Assembly: GCA_963827475.1 (NCBI GenBank)
Contig: CAWHAZ010000005.1
Coordinates: forward strand, 608,001 to 672,000
Reading direction: 5' to 3'
DNA length: 64,000 nt
Source: an uncultured Chloroflexia bacterium
Lineage (GTDB): Bacteria; Chloroflexota; Limnocylindria; QHBO01
Part shown: positions 1 to 10,080 of the stretch, piece after piece
How positions within the stretch are numbered: position 1 is the stretch's first letter
Layout of the letters: every line of letters starts with the position of its first letter
The notes under the pieces: model-generated
Told to the model about the DNA's origin: nothing
The model's database searches: none
The model's input: only the letters and a program-made list of their open reading frames with translations
Position numbers and translations under genes: made by a program

Positions 1-543
1 ACGTGGCCCGCTACGCGGTGTTCCTCGCCGGCCAGCTGGGTCTCGATCCCGACCTGCGGCGGACTATTCATCTCGCCGGCCTGCTGCATGACGTGGGCAA
101 GATCGGTATTCCCGACCACCTCCTGCGCAAGCCGAGCAAGCTGACCGCCGAGGAGTTCGACGTCTTCAAGCAGCACGTGGCGCTCGGTGACGCGATCGTG
201 CGCGACATCCCGAACGTCGACCTCGTGCGATCCGGCATCCGCCATCACCACGAGCGCTGGGACGGCAACGGCTACCTCGACGGGCTCGAGGGCGGGGACA
301 TCCCGGTCATCGCCAGGGTGCTGGCGGTGGCCGATGCGTTCTCGGCGATGACGACCACCCGCCCGTACCGCAAGGCCCTGTCCGTGGAAGAGGCCCTCAA
401 GCGACTGGGCGACGCGGCCGACCGGCAGCTCGAGGAGGACCTCGTGGTCGCCTTCATCAAGGGGATGGAGACCGCGCCCGACGCCCCGATGCCGTCCGAA
501 CGTCCCGTCGGGGATCTGGCGGCCCGCGGAGTGGGTGGCCTGA
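1..543 (+). CDS. HD-GYP domain phosphodiesterase, 5'-truncated by the window edge
   Basis: LHDVGKIG, HHHERWDGNGYLDGL, IARVLAVADAFSAMTTTRPY motifs. Removing one G from the GGGG run at 510-513 gives RPVGIWRPAEWVA-TGA(541-543), so the fusion to the next gene is likely an indel artefact. Confidence 0.85.
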
Positions 544-545
544 CC

Positions 546-1494
546 GTGCGCCGCGTCGCCGTCCTCGTCGCGTCCGCGCTGACCGCCATTCTCGGTCTGG
601 CGACCCCGGTCGCTGCCGCGGTCCAGTGGACCATCCTCGGGGCACCGCTGACCGCGACCGTGTTCCAGTCGACGACGTACACCTTCACCGCGACAAACGT
701 GCTGTTCCTGAACGAGATCGGGTGCGTGGAGATCCAGCTCCCGGCCACCTACGTGATCGACGGGCTCGGCGACCCATCGGCCTCCAACGGCGACGACTGG
801 ATCGCGGAGATCTACGGCGGCACGAACTGGGTGCTCATCCACTCCACGTCCGGCGGCGGGCGGCTGGAGCTCCTGGAGACGGTCACCTTCACCGTCCAGG
901 CCACCGCGACCCAGGTCGGCGCCCAGCTGTGGAACACGCACGCCCACCGCCAACAGGACTGCTCGGGCCCCGAGGTCGAACCCGGGGTGTGGCCCGCGGT
1001 CGTGGCCCCGGCCCTCCTGCCGACCCCACCGCCACCGCCACCGCCGCCACTGCCGACCCCGGTCCCGACCCCCACGCTGCCGCCAGCTCCCCACGCCGCC
1101 GCCTCTTCCGATCGACACCCCCGAGCCGTCACGCACGCCGATCCCGACCGAGACCTCGTCCCCCACGCCTTCGCCGACCCCGCGCCAGACGCCGGGCGTC
1201 GTGGGCGCCGCGGCGCCCCCGCCGGCCGGGCCCGGCAATCCCACCTCGGCGGGCCGACTGGCGCCGCTGTCCGACGGTCAGACCTCGGCCATCGGGCTCG
1301 GGACGGAGGTGCTTGCCCTGCTCGACGGACCGCTGGTGTGGTTCGTCCCGGGCGCGGCCGTCGCCGTGCCGGGACTGCTCGTCGTGCTGTTCATCGCGCT
1401 CCAGGCCATCGGGGCACTGGCGTGGGTCCCGGCCGTGCGCCGGATGAGCGGCGATCCGGTGCCGATCCAGCGGCGGCGGCGTCCGGGCGACTGA
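546..1494 (+). CDS. Secreted/surface protein: signal peptide, beta-rich domain, Pro/Thr linker, C-terminal membrane anchor (apparent frameshift ~1085)
   Basis: GTG at 546 gives MRRVAVLVASALTAILGLATPVAAA (AxA signal peptide). The Pro-rich tract continues into the frame of ORF 1201..1494, which ends in a hydrophobic helix and an RRRR tail. Confidence 0.6.
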
Positions 1495-1528
1495 CCGCGC
1501 CCGAGGCGCCGGCGCCGGCGCTCCGGCG

Positions 1529-3194
1529 TCAGCTCAGGGGCGTATCGGTATCCCAGTCCTCGAGGCGCTTGCGCACGTCGGCCAGGAAGTAGCCGACCTG
1601 GGCGCCATCCAGGACGCGGTGGTCGAACGAGCAGGTCATGTTCATGAGGTGCCGGACGGCGATGACGTCGGCGCCGTCGACCTCGATCACCCGCGGGCGC
1701 TTGACGATGGCCTCCATCGACAGGATGGCGACCTCCGGCGCGTTGATGATCGGCATCGATGACACCGATCCGAACCAGCCGGTGTTGTTGACCGTGAACG
1801 TCCCGCCCTGGATCTCGTCGAGCTTGAGCCGGTTCGCACGTGCGCGCGCGGCAAGGTCCTGGACCTTCCGGTTCACGCCGCTGATCGAGAGCTGGTCCGC
1901 GTCGTGGATGACCGGCACCACCAGCCCGTTGTCGACGGCGACCGCGATACCGATGTTCAGCCGGTGCTTGAGGATGATCCGGTCCTCGGCGAACTGGCTG
2001 TTCAGGGTCGGGTGGGCTCGCAGGGCCTCGGTCACAGCTTTGATGACGACGGCCACGTAGCTGATCCCGGCACCTTCGCGGGCCTTGTACGCCTCGTTGT
2101 TCGCGTCGCGCCAGCGGACGACGTTGGTCATGTCGACCTCGACCACGGTGTAGGCGTGGGGGACGGTCTGCTTGACCTGGGTCATCTTGGCGGCGATGCC
2201 CTTCCGCATCTGGGTCATCGGCCATTCCACGTCTCCGCCGGTGGGTGCGGGGATCGCCTCGGGGGCCGGTGCCGGGGTGGCCGCGGGCGGTGGGGGAGCG
2301 GCTGCGGGCGGCGCGGGAGCTGCTGCGGGCGGCGCGGGAGCCTGTGCCGCCGGAGCAGGGGCAGCGGGAGCCTGTGCCGCCGCGGGAGCGGGTGGCGGAG
2401 CGGCAGCAACGGGTGGCGGGGGCCGGTGCGGCTGCCGCTGGGGGAGCCGGCGGGGCGGCAGGAGGCGGCGCTGCCTCGGCGGGCGCAGCCGGTGACGCGG
2501 CAGGCGTCTCCTCGCGAGCGGCAACGAAGGCGAGAACGTCGTCGCGGGTCACGCGGCCACCGGCGCCGGTGCCGGGGATCTGGGCCACGTCGAGGTTGTG
2601 CTCGCGGACGAGTCGACGGACCGCCGGCGTCATGCGCATCGCGCCTTCGCCAGCGGCCGGAGCCGGCTCATCACCGGAAGGTGCGGCCGCGGCCGCCGGA
2701 GCGGCCTCAGGGGCGTCCGACGCAGCCGGCTCAGCGGGCGTCGCGGGGGGCGGCGGGGACGTGGCTTCGGCAGCCGCAGCGGGCTCCGGAGCGGGCGTGG
2801 GCGCCGGCTCGGTCACCGGGGGCGCTGGCTCGGTCGCGGACGGGGCCTCCGCCTCGGATTCGGGCGGAGCGTCGAGCTCGACCTCCGGCTCGGCCTCGGC
2901 TGGCGGCGCAGCGGCGGCAGCGGCAGGCGCCGCCGCGGTGGTGGCCGCTCCCTCGCCGTCCTCTGAGATCTCGGCCAGCGGCGTCCCGACCTTCACGGTC
3001 TGGCCGTCCTCGACCAGGATGCTGGTCACCACCCCGCCGACCTCGGCCGGAACCTCGGCGTTGACCTTGTCGGTCACGACCTCGAACAGCGGGTCGTACT
3101 GGGCCACGGAATCGCCGACCTTGACCAGCCAGCGTTCGATGGTGCCCTCGGTGACGCTCTCACCGAGCTGCGGCATCTTGATCGTGGTTGCCAT
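1529..3194 (-). CDS. 2-oxo acid dehydrogenase E2, dihydrolipoamide acyltransferase (apparent frameshift ~2420)
   Basis: Lipoyl domain MPQLGESVTEG...TDKVNAEVP, E3-binding TPAVRRLVREH...GTGAGGRVTRDDV, catalytic DHRVLDG. The halves join across a homopolymer run near 2420. Confidence 0.92.
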
Positions 3195-3214
3195 CGGTCC
3201 GGAAGACTAGCCGA

Positions 3215-4201
3215 TCAGAACGCCGCGAGCCGGCGCGCGGCTTCGGCGATGCGTTCGGGATTGAGCATGAACCACTCCTCCAGGTCGTGGGCGTACGGCA
3301 CCGCGGGCACCTCGGGCCCGGCAAGCCGGGTGACGGGCGCGTCGAGGCTCTCGAAGCCATCCTCCGCGATGAGCGCGGCCACCTCCCCTCCGAATCCGCC
3401 GAACTGGTTCGCCTCGTGAACGACCAGTGCGCGGCCGGTCTTCGCGACCGACGCGAGGACCGCCTCGCGATCCAGGGGCCGAAGCGTCCGGAGATCCACG
3501 ACCTCGGCGTTGATCCCGTCCGCAGCCAGGGTCTCGGCCGCCTCGAGCGCGCAGTGGCGCATGTAGCCGTAGCAGAAGATCGACAGGTCGGTCCCGGGCC
3601 GGGCCACGACCGCGGCGCCGATCGGCACCAGCCCGTCCCCATCATCGGGCACCTCGGCCTTGAACAGGCGATAGGTCTTCTTGTGCTCGAAGAACATCAC
3701 CGGGTCCGGGTCGCGGACGGCGGCCTTCAGGAGGCCGTAGGCATCGGCCGGCGTGCCGGGCGCGACCACTTTCAGGCCGACCGTGGAGGTGAAGTACGCC
3801 TCGTTCGACTGCGAGTGGTACAGCGCGCCGTGGACCCCGCCGCCGTACGGCATGCGGATGACCATCGGTACCCCGAACGCCCCGTTGGACCGGAAGCGCA
3901 TCCGGGCGATCTCGCTCACGATCTGGTTGAAGGCGGGGTACACGAAGTCGGCGAACTGCATCTCGGCGATCGGTCGCAGGCCGTACAGGGCGGCGCCCAT
4001 CGCCGCGCCGGCGATCAGCCCCTCGCTGAGCGGGGTGTCGAGCACCCGCTTGTCCCCGTACTTCGCCCACAGGCCGTCGGTGGCGCCGAACACGCCGCCC
4101 TTGCGACCGACGTCCTCGCCCATGACCATGACCCGCTCGTCCGCGGCGAGCTCTTCGTCCATCGCCCGCCGGATGGCCTCCAGGATGTTCAGCTCGGCCA
4201 T
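3215..4201 (-). CDS. 2-oxo acid dehydrogenase E1 beta subunit (branched-chain type likely)
   Basis: GEDVGRKGGVF, DTPLSE, EMQFADF, GALYHSQS, FFEHKK, DLRTLRPLD. Confidence 0.95.
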   Translation of the reverse strand: MAELNILEAIRRAMDEELAADERVMVMGEDVGRKGGVFGATDGLWAKYGDKRVLDTPLSEGLIAGAAMGAALYGLRPIAEMQFADFVYPAFNQIVSEIARMRFRSNGAFGVPMVIRMPYGGGVHGALYHSQSNEAYFTSTVGLKVVAPGTPADAYGLLKAAVRDPDPVMFFEHKKTYRLFKAEVPDDGDGLVPIGAAVVARPGTDLSIFCYGYMRHCALEAAETLAADGINAEVVDLRTLRPLDREAVLASVAKTGRALVVHEANQFGGFGGEVAALIAEDGFESLDAPVTRLAGPEVPAVPYAHDLEEWFMLNPERIAEAARRLAAF

Positions 4202-4204
4202 CGG

Positions 4205-5320
4205 TCAGCTCCCGTCCGCGTAGACGTGGCGGAGGATGGTGCCGGGGTCCGGCTCGGGTCGAGCCTCGGCTCGCGCCGCCGCCTCGGCGACCTGGGCCTT
4301 GACCTCCGCCCGCAGGGCTTCGTCCGCCGCCTCGTCGAGCACGCCCCATTCGCGCAGGCTGGCCGCCAGGCGGGGGATCGGATCGCGCTCCTTCAGCCCC
4401 TCGACGTCCGCCGCGTCGCGGTAGCGGCGCTGGTCGTCGTCCGACGAGTGGCTGGTGAGCCGAACGACATGGGCCTCGATCAATGTCGGCCCGCCACCGG
4501 TCTGCGCCCGCACGTGCGCCTCCCGACCGACCGCGTAGCAGGCGAGCAGGTCTCCGCCGTCGACCTGGACCCCGGGGAAGCCGTAGCCGGCCGCCCGGGC
4601 GGCGATGGATCCGCCGCCGACCTGCCGCTCCAGCGGGACGCTGATCGCGTAGCCGTTGTTCTCGCACACGAAGATGACCGGCAGCTTGTGGACGCCGGCG
4701 AAGTTCATCGCCTCGTGGACCTCGCCCTGGTTGGCGGTTCCCTCCCCGAACTGGGTGATCGCCACGGCGTCGTCGCCGCGGACCCAGGCGCCCAGGCCGA
4801 GGCCCACCGCGTGGAGGACCTGGGTCCCGACCGGTGAGCTGACGCTGAGGATGTTGTGGGGCGCGGCCCCGTAGTGGCCGGGCATCTGCCGCCCGCCCGA
4901 CGAGATGTCGTCGCCCTTGGCCAGGTGGGCGGTGATGATGTCCTCCGGCGTCATGCCGAAGGTCATCGCCGCGGCAATGGACCGATAGAAGGGCGCCATC
5001 CAGTCGTGGCCCTTGCGCAGCGGCCAGGTGATCCCGACCTGCGCCACCTCGTGGCCCTGGACGCTGATGATGAAGGCGATCTTCCCCGCCCGCTGCATGA
5101 GCCACATCCGCTCGTCGACGGCCCGCGCGATGAGCACCTGGCGGTACATCGCGACGACGTCCTCATCGGTCAGCCCCAGGGCGCGGTGCGGCGCCTCCGG
5201 CGCGGCCACCTTGGATCCGCCTCGCTTCGCCGCCTTGGGCCACGCGGCGTCATCGGTCTTGTCATCCCACGCGAGCCCGATCTCGCGACCCGCCTTCCGG
5301 TCGTTGTCGGATTCGGTCAT
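4205..5320 (-). CDS. 2-oxo acid dehydrogenase E1 alpha subunit (TPP-dependent, BkdA-like)
   Basis: GRQMPGH, TPP motif GEGTANQGEVHEAMNF...ENNGYAIS, HSSDDDQRRYR. The order lpd-E1a-E1b-E2 matches the Bacillus bkd operon. Confidence 0.95.
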   Translation of the reverse strand: MTESDNDRKAGREIGLAWDDKTDDAAWPKAAKRGGSKVAAPEAPHRALGLTDEDVVAMYRQVLIARAVDERMWLMQRAGKIAFIISVQGHEVAQVGITWPLRKGHDWMAPFYRSIAAAMTFGMTPEDIITAHLAKGDDISSGGRQMPGHYGAAPHNILSVSSPVGTQVLHAVGLGLGAWVRGDDAVAITQFGEGTANQGEVHEAMNFAGVHKLPVIFVCENNGYAISVPLERQVGGGSIAARAAGYGFPGVQVDGGDLLACYAVGREAHVRAQTGGGPTLIEAHVVRLTSHSSDDDQRRYRDAADVEGLKERDPIPRLAASLREWGVLDEAADEALRAEVKAQVAEAAARAEARPEPDPGTILRHVYADGS

Positions 5321-5323
5321 CGG

Positions 5324-6743
5324 TCAGACGTGGAGCGCGGCCCCGTCGACCGCCAGCGCGGCCTCGGCCAGGACCTCGGTCAGGGTCGGGTGGGCATGCA
5401 CGGACATCGCGATCTCCTCGGCCGTCCCCTCCACCAGGCGGGCGAAGGTCGGCTCTGCCAGCAGGTCGCCGGCGTGGGGACCGATGATATGCGCCCCGAG
5501 CAGCTGTCCGGTCCCGGCGTCGGCCACGAACTTCGCAAACCCGTCGACCTCGCCCACGATCGTCGCCTTGCCCAGGGCGCGGAACGGGAAGCTGCCGACC
5601 TTCACCGTGTGGCCGGCCGCCGATCGCCTCTGCCTCGCTGAGGCCCACGCTGGCGATCTCCGGCCGGCAGAAGGTCACGCGGGGCATGAGGTCCATCCGG
5701 ATCGGCTCCGGCTCGCGGCCGGCAATGGTCTCGACCGCCACCAGCGACTCGTGGCTGGCGACGTGGGCGAGCGCGTAGCCGGGGACGACGTCGCCGATCG
5801 CGTACAGGTGCGGGACGCCCGTCCGCATGTTGCCGTCGACGACGATGAAGCCGCGGTCCAGCTTCACGCCGTCGATCTGCTCCAGGCCGATGTTCTCGGT
5901 CACCGGCCGCCGGCCGATCGCGACCAGGATCCAGTCGCTCTCGACCTCCGTCCGTTCGCCGCCATCGTTGGCGACGATCGCGTGGCGGATGCCGGTCTTC
6001 GTGCGTTGGAGCGACGCCGGATCCACGGTCGAGCCGGCGTGGATCGCCATCCCGCGCTTGCGGAACAGTCGGGCGAGCTCCTTGCTGACGTCGGGGTCCT
6101 CGAGCGGAACGATGCGGTCCATGAACTCGACGAGTTGCACCTCGGCCCCGAGGTCGCCGTACAGGCTGGCCCATTCCACGCCGATGGCGCCGGCGCCGAT
6201 GATCGTCACCGACTTCGGGGGCGCGTCCCGCCGGAGCGCCTCGTCCGAGTCGATGATCCGGTCCTGGTCGACCGTCAGGTCGGGCAGGTGGCGCGGCGCG
6301 CTGCCGGTGGCCAGGATGAGGTCGGTGGCGCTGGCCTCCAGGTCGCCCGACTCGCCGCCGCTGATGCGCACGCTGGTCGGGCTGGTCAGGACGCCGTGGC
6401 CGCGCAGGACGGTCACCTTGTTCTTCTTCATCAGGAACTCGACGCCCTTCACGTGCTTGTCGACTACCGCGTCCCGACGCTTGCCGAGGTTGACGGGATC
6501 CAGGCCGATGCCGTCGGTGTTGGTCAGCCCGAACTCGCCGCCGAGCTCCTTTGCCCGATGCAGCAGGTCCGCCGTCTCGAGCAGGGCCTTGGAGGGGATA
6601 CAGCCGCGGTTCAGGCAGGTGCCGCCCATCTTGTCGCGCTCGACGACCGCCACCTTCATCCCGAGCTGAGCCGCCCGGATGGCGCCCACGTAGCTCATCC
6701 CTCCACCCAGGATGAGCAGGTCGTACCGATGTTCGTCGGTCAT
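5324..6743 (-). CDS. lpdA: Dihydrolipoyl dehydrogenase E3 (apparent frameshift ~5620)
   Basis: GGTCLNRGCIPSK, GAGAIGVE, YAIGD. The C-terminal HAHPTLTE lies in the adjacent frame (ORF 5324..5605). Confidence 0.92.
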
Positions 6744-7183
6744 GCGGGCCGGTCCAGGTCTCGCCCCTCGTGGGTGGCGAAGGCGGAGCGCCACGCGTCC
6801 GGCACGCGGATCGGTCGCTCGGTCTCGTAGTCGTAGGCCACCAGCACCGTGCCGGCCTCGGCCACCACGCGCTCCGCATCCTCGGCTTCCGGCTGGGCGG
6901 TCATCTCGTGTGACATGGACAGGCTGCTGTTGCCGATCCAGTCCACCCGGGTGCCGATCCCGACGCTGTCGCCGAAGTGGATGGGAGAGCGGAAGTCCAC
7001 GTTCAGGGCGGCCAGGATCACGGGCAGGGTCTGGACGACGTCGACGTGGAGGACGTCGATGAGGAAGCGGACGCGGGCCTGCTCGAGATAGGTCACGAAG
7101 GAGGCGTTGTTGACGTGGCCGAAGGCGTCGATGTCCCGGAACCGGACCTCGAGGCGCGTGTGATGGCGGAACGAATCGGTCAA
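6740..7183 (-). CDS. Acyl-CoA thioesterase (4HBT/YbgC hotdog fold)
   Basis: VRFRDIDAFGHVNNASFVTYLEQAR. TTG start at 7183; the stop overlaps the lpdA ATG. Confidence 0.88.
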   Translation of the reverse strand: MTDSFRHHTRLEVRFRDIDAFGHVNNASFVTYLEQARVRFLIDVLHVDVVQTLPVILAALNVDFRSPIHFGDSVGIGTRVDWIGNSSLSMSHEMTAQPEAEDAERVVAEAGTVLVAYDYETERPIRVPDAWRSAFATHEGRDLDRPA

Positions 7184-7221
7184 CGGAGGACCGATTCTAG
7201 CGGCCGGTGGCGCTCCATCGG

Positions 7222-8397
7222 TCAGAGCGCCTCCTGCGCTCGCGCGATGAGGCCCGCCAGCAGCGTCGTCCGTGGCGCGACACTCGCGAGGTCGAGCCAC
7301 TCCGGCGGGGCGTGGTCGTCCCCGCCGATCGGCCCGAGGCCGTCGAGGGTCGGCAGGCCGGCGGCCGCGGTGGTGTTCGCGTCGGACGCCCCGCCGGTGA
7401 GCGTGTCGTGGACCTCGAAGCCGATGTCGGCGGCGATGGCCTGGGCAAGCTCGACGAGACGGCCGGTCGCCGCCGACTTCTCCATCGGCGGATGGGAGGC
7501 AATGACCCGGTGTTCCGTCGTGGTCTCGGGCACGAATGGGCTGGCCATGATCTCGCCGGCGGCGGCGGTCGCTTCGGCGAACTCGGCGCCGTTGGCGGCC
7601 CGCAGGTCGACCTCCAGCCGGCACGATTCCGGGACCACGTTGGGCCGCGTGCCGCCGGCGATGACGCCGACGTTGCAGGTCACCGTCGGCCACCGTCCGT
7701 TCAGGCCGTGGAGCGCTTCGACCAGCCGCGAGGCGGCGAGGATGGCGCTCCGTCCCTTCTCCGGTTCGACCCCGGCATGGGCGGCGCGTCCCCGGACGGC
7801 GACCACCATCTCGGCGATCCCCTTCCGGGCACTGACGATGTCGCCGTTGGCCCGGGCACACTCCAGGACCAGGGCCACCTCGTGGTTCGCGGCGAGCTCG
7901 CGAATGATCGGCCCGGAGAAGGGCGACCCGATCTCTTCGTCAGGGTTGGCCACGAAGGTCACCGATGGTCGCTGGCCGGTGGCGTGGAGGGCGTGGAGCG
8001 CCGTCAGGCCAGCCAGGAGACCCCCTTTCATGTCGGACACGCCCGGGCCGAGAGCCCGCTCGCCGTCGACCCTGAACGGGCGATCGGCGGCGGTCCCTTC
8101 CTCGAAGACGGTGTCCATGTGGCCGATGAGCAGCAGGCGCGGGCCGGAGCCGGCCAGGCGGCCGATGACGAGATCCCCGAGCGCGCGGCCGTCCGGCGCC
8201 GCCCCGCCACCCCGGCGCTCGATCGTCGCCCCGAGCCCCTCCAGCTGCTCCGCCACGACGTCAGCCACGCGGTTCACGCCGTCGGGCGTGTACGAGCCGC
8301 AGTCGACGTTCACCAGCTTCTCGAGGTCGGCGAGATAGGCCGGGACCCGCTCGACAACCTGGGCGTGAAGGTCCGACAGGGGCGGCGGGGAGGCCAT
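7222..8397 (-). CDS. M20 family metallopeptidase, carboxypeptidase G2-like
   Basis: GHMDTV, GPGVSDMKGG, DEEIGS, GRAAHAG, GGASD, GGDDH. ATG at 8397 (MASPPPLSD). Confidence 0.9.
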   Translation of the reverse strand: MASPPPLSDLHAQVVERVPAYLADLEKLVNVDCGSYTPDGVNRVADVVAEQLEGLGATIERRGGGAAPDGRALGDLVIGRLAGSGPRLLLIGHMDTVFEEGTAADRPFRVDGERALGPGVSDMKGGLLAGLTALHALHATGQRPSVTFVANPDEEIGSPFSGPIIRELAANHEVALVLECARANGDIVSARKGIAEMVVAVRGRAAHAGVEPEKGRSAILAASRLVEALHGLNGRWPTVTCNVGVIAGGTRPNVVPESCRLEVDLRAANGAEFAEATAAAGEIMASPFVPETTTEHRVIASHPPMEKSAATGRLVELAQAIAADIGFEVHDTLTGGASDANTTAAAGLPTLDGLGPIGGDDHAPPEWLDLASVAPRTTLLAGLIARAQEAL

Positions 8398-8421
8398 GGG
8401 GCCGAAACTATACTGGCCGCC
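8398..8421. promoter_or_regulatory. Putative bidirectional leaderless promoter (overlapping -10 boxes)
   Basis: TATACT at 8409-8414 (+) lies 7 nt before ATG 8422. TAGTTT at 8410-8405 (-) lies 7 nt before ATG 8397. No Shine-Dalgarno on either side. Confidence 0.6.
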
Positions 8422-10056
8422 ATGCCCGCCGACCGACCGCCCGAGCCGGCCGTCGAGCTGCTCGAGCTGCGCGTCCTGGAGGGTCCCAACCGCTTCGCCA
8501 ACCGGCCGGCAATCAAGCTGGAGTTCCAGGGCGACCCCGAGGCCGTGGTCCGTGTTACCCGTGATGCGGGCGAGCTCGTGCGCCACTTCCACCACGAGAT
8601 GGGCTACACCGCGCCGCGGGTGACCTTCCGACGGTCCGAGGACGGGACACGCGCGATGGCCGCGTTCGCCTGGCGCCGGCGAGCGATCGCCCAGGCCATC
8701 GCTGGCGCGGCCGCGCGAGTGGCGCTGGGGGCGGGGACCGAGCGGCGGGAGTTGCGAGCCCTGCGGGCCGTGGCCGAGGGTCCGCGTGCCGTCCTGCCCA
8801 TCCCGCGCGTCCCGATCGTGGCCGTCACCGGCACCAACGGCAAGAGCACGACCACCCGGCTCATCGCCCACGTGGCGGCCGAGGCCGGACTGCGGGTGGG
8901 CATGACCAACTCGGACGGGATCTACGTCCGGGGCGAGCTGGTGGAGGCCGGCGACTGGACCGGCTTTGGCGGCGCCGGCCGCATCCTGGCCGAGCCGGAC
9001 CTCGACCTGGCGGTTCTCGAGACGGCCCGCGGCGGGATCCTGCTGCGCGGCATCGGCTACGAGCACAACGACGTGTCGGTGGTGACCAACGTCAGCGCCG
9101 ACCACCTCGGCCTGCAGGGGATCGACACCCTCGACGAGCTGGCGGAGGTGAAGGGAGCCGTGGTCCGCATCACGCGCCGCGGCGGGTGGGCCGTGCTCAA
9201 CGGCGAGGACCCGAGGGCCTGGGCCATGCGCCTCCACAGCCGCGCGCGGCCATATGCCTTCAGCCTCTCGCCGGGCGCCCCGGCGGTGGCGGAAGCGCTG
9301 GCCGACGGCGGACGGTCGGCGGTCCTCGAACGCGGCGGGCTCGTTCTGCGCCGCCCTCGCGGCCGCCGGGTACGCCTCGTCACGGCCGCGGACCTCCCCG
9401 TCACGTTCGGAGGTCTCTCCCGGTACAACATCGCCAACGCCCTCGCGGCGGCGGCGGCCTGCGACGCGCTGGGCCTGTCACCGGACGAGATCCGGCACGG
9501 TCTCGGGTCGTTCGCCCAGGACGAGACGGTCAACCCGGGGCGGCTGAACCTGTATGCCCGCCGGGGGGTGCTCGCGCTGGTCGACTTCGCGCACAACGAG
9601 GCCGGGCTGGCCGGACTCCTCGACGTCTGCGATCGGCTCGTCCTCAAGCCAACCGGCAGGGTTCGGCTCGCCCTCGGCACGGCTGGAGATCGGACCGATG
9701 AGATCCTGCGGGGCCTCGGCCAGCTGGCGGGCAGCCGGGCCGACGATCTCGTCATCTGCGAGAAGCGCCACTACCTTCGCGGCCGCGAGGTGGGGCAGAT
9801 GAACGCCCTGTTCCGTGCCGCCGCGGCGGAGGGTGGGTACGCCGACCGCGTTCCCGCGTACCGGACCGAGCTCGGGGCCCTGCGAGCGCTGCTCGGGCGG
9901 AGCCGCCGCGGAGACATTGCCGCGGTCATGAGCCACATCGAGCGGGCACAGATCTTTGCCTGGCTATCGCGCGAGGGCTTCCGACCGGTTCCCCTGGCGC
10001 GGCTTCGGGCGTTGCTCGCGGCGCGGGAGCAGAGGGTCCGCGACCGCTCTGGCTGA
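8422..10056 (+). CDS. Cyanophycin synthetase-like Mur-ligase protein (short N domain + M domain, no ATP-grasp domain)
   Basis: N-terminus LELRVLEGPN...IKL resembles CphA IIEQRVYRGPN...IKL. It runs directly into PIVAVTGTNGKSTT, ETARGGIL, NVSADHLG, PGRLN, DFAHN, AGDR. 544 aa. Confidence 0.85.
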   Translation: MPADRPPEPAVELLELRVLEGPNRFANRPAIKLEFQGDPEAVVRVTRDAGELVRHFHHEMGYTAPRVTFRRSEDGTRAMAAFAWRRRAIAQAIAGAAARVALGAGTERRELRALRAVAEGPRAVLPIPRVPIVAVTGTNGKSTTTRLIAHVAAEAGLRVGMTNSDGIYVRGELVEAGDWTGFGGAGRILAEPDLDLAVLETARGGILLRGIGYEHNDVSVVTNVSADHLGLQGIDTLDELAEVKGAVVRITRRGGWAVLNGEDPRAWAMRLHSRARPYAFSLSPGAPAVAEALADGGRSAVLERGGLVLRRPRGRRVRLVTAADLPVTFGGLSRYNIANALAAAAACDALGLSPDEIRHGLGSFAQDETVNPGRLNLYARRGVLALVDFAHNEAGLAGLLDVCDRLVLKPTGRVRLALGTAGDRTDEILRGLGQLAGSRADDLVICEKRHYLRGREVGQMNALFRAAAAEGGYADRVPAYRTELGALRALLGRSRRGDIAAVMSHIERAQIFAWLSREGFRPVPLARLRALLAAREQRVRDRSG

Positions 10057-10080
10057 CCGCTCCGGCTGACCGCTCCGCCT
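10042..10080. repeat. 13-bp tandem repeat x3 at a convergent gene junction
   Basis: GACCGCTCTGGCT GACCGCTCCGGCT GACCGCTCCGCCT. Confidence 0.85.

Noticed and set aside
3-1592. HD-GYP fused to a secreted domain
   Set aside because: A one-base correction in GGGG 510-513 gives a stop at 541-543, followed by a GTG and a clean signal peptide.
2230-2950. Low-complexity GC repeats inside E2
   Set aside because: Ordinary Ala/Pro-rich inter-domain linkers of dihydrolipoamide acyltransferases.
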